Shown in pieces: positions 55,348 through 63,104 of a stretch of DNA of 64,000 bases. The translations under genes and the position numbers were made by a program. Within the stretch, counting starts at the first letter, position 1. Each line of letters opens with the position of its first letter. The stretch comes from an uncultured Pseudomonadota bacterium (GTDB taxonomy: Bacteria > Myxococcota_A > UBA796 > SXON01): positions 2,278 to 66,277 of the forward strand of contig CAITDR010000289.1 of NCBI GenBank assembly GCA_903891165.1, written 5' to 3'. The notes beneath the pieces were generated by a model. The model saw only the letters and a program-made list of their open reading frames with translations, had not been told where the DNA came from and ran no database searches.

Positions 55348-56961
55348 ATGGAGACAACCACAATCCGTTGGCTGCGTCGGGGGGCCGAGCTGCTGGCTCT
55401 GGTGCTGGGGCTCTGGCAGCTGAGTGTGGTGGGTCAGGCCATGGCCCGGCGTTGGGACTACAATTTTGACATCGAGTGGATGGAGGGAGGAACCCTCCTT
55501 TCAGCGATGCGTGTCCTTGAAGGACAACCCATCCACGGGGCACCAGACACCGAGTACATCCCCTTTATCTACCCGCCCCTCTATGCCTGGCTGGTGGGCC
55601 TTTTGGGGCATCTGTTCCCGATGGGCTACGCTCTGGGAAGAGGCACATCCATTGCCTGTTTTTCGTTGGCATGCTTGGCGCTCCTCTATGGTGCACGCCA
55701 GGCAAAGGCCTCCTGGCCCGTGGCCATTGCATTGATGGGTGTTTTTGCAGGAACCTATGATGAAGCTGGGACTTTCTACGATCTGATCCGGGTGGACTCG
55801 CTGACGATCGCGCTGTTGGGCTGGGCGGTGGTGCTGGGCGCTGGCGCAAAGCCTTGGCAGCAGGTGGTCTCGGGCCTGTTATTGGCCAGTGCCTTTATGG
55901 CAAAGCACAATGCCGCTGCATTTGGCCTGCCGATGATCGTGGGGATCTGGAGGCTTCAGGGGCGGGCGGCGGCTCTGCGCTTCGGGCTGGCCTCGGTATT
56001 GCCGGCGCTGGGCTTTGTGGGCGTGGAGCAGATCGCGACGGGCGGCCATTTTCTCTCTTGGATCCTGGGGGTTCCTGCAGAGCATGGGGTGGTGGGGGAG
56101 CGGTTGATCTCGGGTCTGGGCCTGAAATTCGAGCCACGTCTGCGCCTGCCCACCCGGGGTGCCCAGCTGGAGTTCTGGGACGCGCTGCCGGTGACCACCA
56201 CCGTGGCGCTGCTGGCTCCGGCCTGGTTTCGTCGTCACGCACAGGCACTTTACTGGAGTGGTGTTTCGGCGATGGGGGTGGTGATCTGCTCGCTCATGCG
56301 GGGGCATGTGGGGGGCTTCATCAACGTGTTGATCCCCATGTACTGGATCCTGTGTCTGTGGCCGGTCCTTCAAGCGCAAGTGTTAGAGGAACGCTGGGGA
56401 AAGCCGGAAGCGGGGCGGATTTTCAGCAAGGTACCTGCCTGGCCGGTGCGGGTCCTGCTGCCGCTCTGTCTCGCGGGGCAGCTCTGGGTGGGCCACAAAG
56501 ATCTGAAGCGCTACATTCCCACCGAGGCCAACCGGAAGGCGGCGGCTGCTTTTATCGAGGAGATTCGCGCACTTCCGGATCCGGTCCTCTCCCCCTACGC
56601 ACCCTATGCCATGGTGCAGGCAGGCAAAGATCCTACCTTTTCCTTGATCTGCCTCTGGGACATCGACTACAAGGGGGGGCCCTATCGCCCCTTTGTGCGC
56701 AAGGTGGAGCGTAGCCTTGCCCAGCAGAAGTGGGCGGTGATCCTCGCTCCAAACGATAAGCTGGGCTACGGCCAGAAAAAATACTACAAAAAGGACCATA
56801 TGGTCAAAAATACGCCGCCGGAGACGATTGTGGGCTGGCGGGTACGGCTGAACCAGGTCTGGGTGCCTATCGCCGGTGAAGCGATGGGCGAAGATGCCGC
56901 CGAGGAGAGTTTGGAGGAGGAGGCAGCGGGTTCCGCCGAACAGGGGGCGGCTGCCGACTGA
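55348..56961 (+). CDS. Polytopic membrane protein, GT-C-like (tentative), 537 aa
   Basis: GGAGG Shine-Dalgarno before ATG. First loop is DYNFDIEWMEGGTL...IPFIYPPLYAW. About 10-11 TM segments with a C-terminal soluble region and an acidic tail. The GT-C assignment rests on architecture only. Confidence 0.55.
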   Translation: METTTIRWLRRGAELLALVLGLWQLSVVGQAMARRWDYNFDIEWMEGGTLLSAMRVLEGQPIHGAPDTEYIPFIYPPLYAWLVGLLGHLFPMGYALGRGTSIACFSLACLALLYGARQAKASWPVAIALMGVFAGTYDEAGTFYDLIRVDSLTIALLGWAVVLGAGAKPWQQVVSGLLLASAFMAKHNAAAFGLPMIVGIWRLQGRAAALRFGLASVLPALGFVGVEQIATGGHFLSWILGVPAEHGVVGERLISGLGLKFEPRLRLPTRGAQLEFWDALPVTTTVALLAPAWFRRHAQALYWSGVSAMGVVICSLMRGHVGGFINVLIPMYWILCLWPVLQAQVLEERWGKPEAGRIFSKVPAWPVRVLLPLCLAGQLWVGHKDLKRYIPTEANRKAAAAFIEEIRALPDPVLSPYAPYAMVQAGKDPTFSLICLWDIDYKGGPYRPFVRKVERSLAQQKWAVILAPNDKLGYGQKKYYKKDHMVKNTPPETIVGWRVRLNQVWVPIAGEAMGEDAAEESLEEEAAGSAEQGAAAD

Positions 56962-56966
56962 GCGTG

Positions 56967-58211
56967 CTACTTCAGCTTGCGGAGGAGCCGCTCCAATTCA
57001 GGCGCAAAATCTGTGTCCTTCCTCCATTCCAGGGCCTCCACCTGGCCGCGCAGGCGGCTGCGCAACAGGCCGTGAAAGCCCTCAAAATCGGTCAGTCCCT
57101 CATGACCCAACAGGCGGCTCAGCGATAGCAGGCTCGCACTGTCGGGCTGGGGGAACACCAGAAGGCGCGCATCGGGATGGAGGGTTCCGGTGAGCCACTC
57201 CACGAGGTGATCCTGCGCGTAGATGGCGCTGGGACGGCCCCAGGCGACTTCAAAATGATCGAGGAGATCCTTCCCGACGATCACCTCCCAAAGGGCCGCC
57301 TCCGCGCCCGCACCCCAGCGCCGCGGCGCTTGGAGGGCCAGACCACGATCCAGGCCCCCACAGGGCAGATCGGGGCAGCCCTCCCGCCAGCGTAGTGCGA
57401 CCTGGGCCACGAGTGCCTGCCCGACAGAGCGGTCATTCCCCGCATCTGCAGAGAGTTTTTGCTGGGCATCCTGCAGCAGGTAGTCCACCGGATCGCCCTG
57501 TACGCCCAGCGTCTCTCGCAGCTGCTCCCGCTCCTTCCGCCAGCTTGCCTGCTCGGCATCGCTGTCCGCGATCACCTGCCGCAGCGCCCGCAGGCTGGCT
57601 TCTCTCAGGGCCTTGGAACCTTCTTCGCCTTTTCCCTCCTCTTTTTTGTTTTGTATCCTGGAATACAAAGTGATCCCGGCAGGGCTTTGCACCAACCTGC
57701 TGTAGCGGGGATCGTCCAAAAGACGCTGGAGCGGCTGAAGATCGATGGCCGGGCCATCCATCCAGCCTAAGAGCACCTGCCGCTCCGACATGGTCAACAG
57801 GCCGTCGGCGTCGGGGCCACCCAGGGCATCCAGGATGGGTCGCGCCCCCTCGGGGGGTACGGCGGTGGGCGGGGAAAGGGGGGCCAGAAGCCCGAGATCG
57901 GCGATGGGCAAGGTCTGGCCCCCACGCTGCTCCAGCTCCAACAGGCGCGCACCCCGCAGCAGAGGAACAGTGATCGTCCCTGCATATTCCTCCTCCACTT
58001 CCCAAGCGGGCAGGCTTGCTGCCAGCCACGCGGCGATAGGCGCGGGCAGGCTTGCGGCGGGCTCGGGGCGGCGTACATGGCGCAGCAGTGGATCTTCGGC
58101 GATGATCCAGGTGATCAGTGCGTCCGGATCCTCGGGCTGAGGCGGGGGAGGCGGCGGTGCCACCGGTGCGCTGGGCACCCGCGCCACCCAACATGCAAGC
58201 AGCAGGAGCAT
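56967..58211 (-). CDS. Hypothetical protein with a minimal lipobox leader and a poly-Pro segment (414 aa)
   Basis: ORF trimmed to ATG 58211. MLLLLACWVARVPSAPVAPPPPPPQPEDP... No recognisable domain. Confidence 0.5.
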   Translation of the reverse strand: MLLLLACWVARVPSAPVAPPPPPPQPEDPDALITWIIAEDPLLRHVRRPEPAASLPAPIAAWLAASLPAWEVEEEYAGTITVPLLRGARLLELEQRGGQTLPIADLGLLAPLSPPTAVPPEGARPILDALGGPDADGLLTMSERQVLLGWMDGPAIDLQPLQRLLDDPRYSRLVQSPAGITLYSRIQNKKEEGKGEEGSKALREASLRALRQVIADSDAEQASWRKEREQLRETLGVQGDPVDYLLQDAQQKLSADAGNDRSVGQALVAQVALRWREGCPDLPCGGLDRGLALQAPRRWGAGAEAALWEVIVGKDLLDHFEVAWGRPSAIYAQDHLVEWLTGTLHPDARLLVFPQPDSASLLSLSRLLGHEGLTDFEGFHGLLRSRLRGQVEALEWRKDTDFAPELERLLRKLK

Positions 58212-58261
58212 TTTTGCGAAGCTATCCGATTTCGACTGGTTAGGCTGCGGCGGAGGATGAG

Positions 58262-59156
58262 ATGCTCCAAGCGGTTGGTAAGCTGCGTGCGGTGATCCAG
58301 GGCCCGGCTCAGCCGGTGGCCACCCTGGTCCTGATCCATGGAATCGGCCTGGGACCTTGGTTCTGGGAGCCCTGGATGGAGAAACTCTCCGAGCGCTTTC
58401 GGGTGCTGGCGCTGAGCCTGCCCGGTCACGGGGAGCCGCCGGAGGACGCGGGCCTGGAGGAGGTGATCGCAGGGGTTGAATCGGTCCTTTCCACACTTCC
58501 CGAGCCGCCGATCCTGGTGGGGCACTCCATGGGTGCCCTGGTGGCGCAGATCCTGGCCACCCGCCATCCGCTGCGGGGGCTGATCCTGATGAGCCCCCTG
58601 CCACCGGGCCAGATTTTTGTACGGCCTGACCGAAACATGATCCGGCATAGCCTGGGGCTGCTCCCCCGCCTTCCTGCAGAAGAAGCCGCTGCACATCGGT
58701 CAGGCGGGCTACCAGGCCTTGGGCCTGAATCTTCTGTCAGAAGAGGAGGTGCAACGCTGGTATCCAAAAATCTGTCCCTGGCCCTGGGCGCTGGCCCGCG
58801 ACCTGCTGCGGCCACCGCGGGTGGATCCCATGGCGGTGCGTTGTCCGGTTTTGGTGCTGCTGGGCAAAGAGGATCGGCTGGTCCCGTGGCAGAAGGGGAG
58901 GATCCTCGGGGATCTCTACGAAGCCGTGGTCTGGCGCTACGACAACCTCGCCCACTCTCCTCCGCTGGAACCCGGTGGTCAGCGGATGCTCCAGGATCTC
59001 CTAGGCTGGGCCGAAAATCCGGTACGGCCGGAGGTGCTGGAGAGTGAAGGTTTTGGACCGGAGGAAGGGGTGGGGCACAGCCTCCGGCGGCTGCGTCGGG
59101 GCGAGGCGATGAAGCGTCGGAGTGCCTACGGGCAGAAGCAGAGTGCCCGGAAGTAG
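58262..59156 (+). pseudogene. Alpha/beta-hydrolase gene interrupted by a +1 frameshift in a C5 run (or a sequencing error)
   Basis: The frame starting at 58262 gives ATLVLIHGIGLGPWFW...ILVGHSMGALVAQ (nucleophile elbow) up to ...GLLP. Sensible sequence then continues in another frame from ~58668 (AFLQKKPLHIGQAGYQALGLNLLSEEEVQRWY...PVLVLLGKEDRLVP...NLAHSP). The switch point is CCCCC at 58663-58667. Confidence 0.65.
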
Positions 59157-60518
59157 CTATTTCCCCCAGTCGCCCCGGAGAATCCAGCGTCGGGCCGCCT
59201 CTGGCAGTCCCGCATTCTGCTCGGCCAGCACCCCGGTATGGTCGCCCGGATAGACCGGAAAATGGGCGGATAGCGCGGCTTCTACCTCGGCACGGCTGTG
59301 AGAGCTGCGAAGGGCGCCGGCGAAGGCCGGATAGTCCCGACTGGACTGCAGGGCCTTCCAATAGTTCTCCACCTGCGGATCCTTGGCTTTATAGCTGGGT
59401 CCAACGCTGGTCAGACCTTCGACGAGTTCCAGGAGCTTGCCCTCGCCCCAGTACAGGATCCCGTCGCCCTCGGCCGCAAAGGCCAGGCGCAGCTCGGTAT
59501 CAGCAGGAAGATCGTTATCATAGAGCGTTTGGAACATATCCGACTCCGCACGCATGTCTTCCAGGCCATCGGGCAACATCGGGCGCACCATCGCCATCAT
59601 CAGACGCGAAAGTCCCCGGTCGGGCGGCCCGGAAAATCCATGCCAGGGGCTATCTACCGTCAGCACGCGCAGGTGTGGGCGTTGCGCGGGCGGCAGCCGC
59701 TCCAGGGCCGGCCCCAGCTGATTGAGTGCCACGCGGGTTACCAGCCCTCCCATGGAGTGGGCGATGATGACCAGCTCCCCGGTGGTGTGGGAGGCGATCT
59801 GCTCCAATTCTCTTGACAGGTCAAGGCCATTTTCGGAGGTTCGCCGACCCATATCGTCGTAAGCAAAAATGTAGAGCTGATAGCGTTTGTCGGTACGGAA
59901 GCGCTGTACCAGGGCCTGCATGTCCTGCGGGCGCCCGTTGATCCCGTGCACCAGGACCAGGGGAATTGCCTGGGTAGAAGGTTCCTCTTCCTCGCCTCCC
60001 AAGGGCAGGATCACGCCCTGCTTCCCCTCCTTCAAGAGAGGTTCATCTTCGATCATGGTCAGGTTGTAGCTGACGCCCAGAGTTTTCCCGGCTTTCGCCC
60101 AGATTTTCCCCTCTCCTATCTCTACTCTTTCGGGAACGGGCTCCGGTGGGGTCACTACACCGCCCCCGCCGCCCCCGCCGCTGCCATAGCCGCTGCCACT
60201 GCCGCGCCCCAGCGTGCCGATGCTGCCGATCCCGATGGTCCCTTCGCCACTTCCTCCGTCGCCCATGCCGGTTCCGGAAAGGCCAAGTCCCTCGGTGCTT
60301 CCTCCCTCTCCCAACCCGTCGCCGGACAGCTGGCCCCGGTCATTCTGGCCATCCGGCGGCGTGCGGCTGCCCATCCCCCCCTCGGCGACGGGCTCCGTGT
60401 AGGCAAGAATGCCAAGGAGGTCCTTGGCAATCTGCATCGTATAGATACGCAGGCCAAGCGCGATCAGGCTGAAAAGCAGCAACCCAATCAGGACACGCGG
60501 GCCATAGCGTTTGAACAT
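59157..60518 (-). CDS. Membrane-anchored lipase/esterase-like alpha/beta hydrolase with a Gly-rich linker
   Basis: Anchor VLIGLLLFSLIALGL. Gly-rich low-complexity region ending in GSGGGGGGG. Hydrolase core is PLVLVHGINGRPQDM...LVIIAHSMGGLVTR. The start shares one nucleotide with the upstream cytochrome stop (TAATG). Confidence 0.7.
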   Translation of the reverse strand: MFKRYGPRVLIGLLLFSLIALGLRIYTMQIAKDLLGILAYTEPVAEGGMGSRTPPDGQNDRGQLSGDGLGEGGSTEGLGLSGTGMGDGGSGEGTIGIGSIGTLGRGSGSGYGSGGGGGGGVVTPPEPVPERVEIGEGKIWAKAGKTLGVSYNLTMIEDEPLLKEGKQGVILPLGGEEEEPSTQAIPLVLVHGINGRPQDMQALVQRFRTDKRYQLYIFAYDDMGRRTSENGLDLSRELEQIASHTTGELVIIAHSMGGLVTRVALNQLGPALERLPPAQRPHLRVLTVDSPWHGFSGPPDRGLSRLMMAMVRPMLPDGLEDMRAESDMFQTLYDNDLPADTELRLAFAAEGDGILYWGEGKLLELVEGLTSVGPSYKAKDPQVENYWKALQSSRDYPAFAGALRSSHSRAEVEAALSAHFPVYPGDHTGVLAEQNAGLPEAARRWILRGDWGK

Positions 60519-60844
60519 TACGGGAAGGTAAGGCGCAGGTAGGCGATCACATCCGCGATCTCTTGGGCATCACTGTACTGGCCGGGCATAGCATAACCAT
60601 ATCCATTTTTGATAATGTCTTCGAGTTCGGCGTCGGTCTTGGCGGGCACACTCACCGTGAGATCGGTGGAAGGGGTGCCGCCGATGTCGATGCCGCCGGT
60701 GCCATCGGCCCCGTGGCAGCCCGCGCAGCTACCGAAGAGGGCTTCGCCATTGGTGGCGTCGCCGCCACCACCGGTGCTGGAGTCATCCGTCTTTCCCGAG
60801 TCCGCCGTACCGGTACATGCCACCATAAACAGCAACGTCAACAT
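60518..60844 (-). CDS. Lipoprotein monohaem c-type cytochrome (class I)
   Basis: Trimmed to ATG 60844. Leader MLTLLFMVAC. Haem site is CAGCHG with a distal Met in YAMPG. It ends VIAYLRLTFP. Confidence 0.8.
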   Translation of the reverse strand: MLTLLFMVACTGTADSGKTDDSSTGGGGDATNGEALFGSCAGCHGADGTGGIDIGGTPSTDLTVSVPAKTDAELEDIIKNGYGYAMPGQYSDAQEIADVIAYLRLTFP

Positions 60845-61145
60845 ATGCTTCTCCTCCTTGATACCAACCGAATTTTGTGCGAAGCCAGGCCACAATGTCC
60901 AGGGCTTCCTCTTCCTCCAGGCCAAGCGGGGGCATGGCCTGAAAGCCCTTTTGGATCGCCCCGACCAGCTCGTCGTCGCGTAGCTCCGGCACCCGAAAGT
61001 TCAGGTTGGCCGACTCTACTTCGAACACCGGCTTGCCGAGGGTACCATCCTCGCCGTGGCAGGAGGCGCAGTGCTGCACATAGAGATCGGCGCCCACCGC
61101 CGGATCTCCCTTGGCTGCCTGACAACCTACCAACAACCAGAACAT
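60783..61145 (-). CDS. Lipoprotein monohaem c-type cytochrome (class I), paralogue of the downstream gene
   Basis: Trimmed to ATG 61145. Leader MFWLLVGC. Haem site is CASCHG with a distal Met in QAMPP. After AWLRTKF a ~30-aa tail overlaps the next gene by 62 nt. Confidence 0.75.
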   Translation of the reverse strand: MFWLLVGCQAAKGDPAVGADLYVQHCASCHGEDGTLGKPVFEVESANLNFRVPELRDDELVGAIQKGFQAMPPLGLEEEEALDIVAWLRTKFGWYQGGEAYVDVAVYGGMYRYGGLGKDG

Positions 61146-61196
61146 CGATCCCTCCGCTGGGAACGATAGCAGAAGGGGCACTCCGCTGCAAGCGGC

Positions 61197-63014
61197 TCAG
61201 CTCGCCGCCAATTTCTCAGCGATGATCTCTGCAAGCGCCGCACCGATGCCGGGCACCTCCGCGATCTGGGCGGTGGTGGCCTTCTTCAGACCAGTCATGG
61301 AGCCGAAGTGCGTGAGCAGCGCCTTACGACGGGTGGGACCGATGCCCGGTACGTCGTCCAGCGCCGAGTGCAGCTTGGATTTGGAGCGTTGTTTGCGGTG
61401 AAAACCCACCGCCTCGCGGTGTGCTTCGTCGCGGATGTGCTGCAAGAGCCGCAGGGAGGGATGATCGTGGCGCAGGACCACTGGCTCCGGCTGGCCGCGA
61501 AGGATCAGCTTGTCCACGGCATCCCACTCGCCCCGGCGACGTTCGGTGCGCGGCTTGGAGATGCCGATCACCGGCTGATCGCCCAGGCCCAGCTCGGCGA
61601 GCACATCTTCGGCGGCGGAGAGCTGACCTCGTCCACCATCGACCACCAGAAGATCGGGAAAATCTCCCTCAGCCAACGCACGTTTCATACGACGGCCGAG
61701 GATCTCCCGCATGGTGGCATAGTCGTCCGCACCGACCACCGTCTTCACCTTGTAGCGGCGATATTCGCTGCGATCCGGGCGGCCGTCGATAAAAACCACC
61801 TGGGAAGCAACAGGATCTTCGCCCAAAAGATTGGAGTTGTCATAACATTCAATTCGCGTGGGTGGCGCCGGGAGTCCCACGATCTCGGCGATACCCTCCA
61901 GGGCCCGGGTGACCCGCTCCTCCTCCGAATTATTGAGGAGAAAGTGGGCTTTGGCGCTCTCCTCGGCGATCTGCAGCACCCGGACTTTTTCGCCGCGCTG
62001 CGGAATCCTCAGCTCCACCTTGCTGCCGCGCCGTTCACTCAACAGCTCGGCCAGGGCTTCTGCGGCATCCGGTAGGGAGGAGGCCAGGATCTCCGGCGGC
62101 ACCGGCACCTGATCGTAGACCGCATTCAGAAGGGACGACAGGATCTCCCCCGCCTCGCCGATCTCACCATCGAAGGGAAAAAGCTGGGGATCACGCGCCA
62201 GACCCTCGCGCACCGGCAAGCAGACCACCACCCCCCGGTCCCCTTCGCGGTAGAGCCCCCACACATCCCGATCGCCCAGGCGGGTGTCCACCACCGACTG
62301 CCGATCCAGCGCCCCCTCCAGCATCCGCAACAGATCGCGCAGTCGTGCGGCCTCCTCAAAACGTTCTTCCTCCGCAAAGCTGGTCATCCGCTCGGAGGTG
62401 CGTCGTAAGAGTTCCTTGTTCTTTCCCGAGAGGAAGAGCAGGGCGTCCGAGGCGATGGTGCTGTAGTCTTCCTTACTGACTTTGCCCACACAGGGGGCGG
62501 AGCAGCGGTGGAGCTGAAAAAGGACGCAGGGACGACGGCGCGCCGCGAGTGCCTTGTCGGTACAGGTGCGGAGTGCAAAATTCCGCGAAAGGAAGCTCAA
62601 GGTGCGGCGGGCCGTGGTGGCAGAGTGGTAGGGGCCAAAATAGCGTGCCCCGTCGTCACGCACCCGACGCACCAGCGTAAAGCGTGGCCATTCGCTCGTC
62701 GGATCCAGGCGGAGATGGAGGAAGTTTTTGTCATCGCGCCACTTAGTATTGTAGCGGGGGTGGTGCTGCTTGATCAGGGTGCTCTCCATCAGCAGCGCCT
62801 CCCGCTCGGAGCTGACCGGCACCACATCCACCGACGCCGCCGCCGCCACGAGGTAGCGCACCATATAGCGTTCGTCGTGACCTCCAAGGTATTGACGAAC
62901 CCGAACCCGAAGGTTGTTCGCCTTACCAACGTAGATCACCTGCCCGCGGCTATCCTTGAAGAGGTACACCCCCGGCACCAGCGGAAGAGCCTCGACCTGT
63001 TCCTGCAGATCCAT
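61197..63014 (-). CDS. uvrC: Excinuclease ABC subunit C
   Basis: GIY-YIG motif PGVYLFKDSRGQVIYVGKANNLRVRVRQY, a UVR domain, an RNase-H-like endonuclease domain and a C-terminal (HhH)2 (PGIGPTRRKALLTHFGS...VPGIGAALAE). Confidence 0.92.
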   Translation of the reverse strand: MDLQEQVEALPLVPGVYLFKDSRGQVIYVGKANNLRVRVRQYLGGHDERYMVRYLVAAAASVDVVPVSSEREALLMESTLIKQHHPRYNTKWRDDKNFLHLRLDPTSEWPRFTLVRRVRDDGARYFGPYHSATTARRTLSFLSRNFALRTCTDKALAARRRPCVLFQLHRCSAPCVGKVSKEDYSTIASDALLFLSGKNKELLRRTSERMTSFAEEERFEEAARLRDLLRMLEGALDRQSVVDTRLGDRDVWGLYREGDRGVVVCLPVREGLARDPQLFPFDGEIGEAGEILSSLLNAVYDQVPVPPEILASSLPDAAEALAELLSERRGSKVELRIPQRGEKVRVLQIAEESAKAHFLLNNSEEERVTRALEGIAEIVGLPAPPTRIECYDNSNLLGEDPVASQVVFIDGRPDRSEYRRYKVKTVVGADDYATMREILGRRMKRALAEGDFPDLLVVDGGRGQLSAAEDVLAELGLGDQPVIGISKPRTERRRGEWDAVDKLILRGQPEPVVLRHDHPSLRLLQHIRDEAHREAVGFHRKQRSKSKLHSALDDVPGIGPTRRKALLTHFGSMTGLKKATTAQIAEVPGIGAALAEIIAEKLAAS

Positions 63015-63104
63015 GCCCTCGGGCTAACCTGCTGCCGAAAACTGCGGCGGGGCTATCGCCGAGGGGGCGGCTGCGGCTACACTGGCAACGTCTTGGGAGT
63101 GCCG

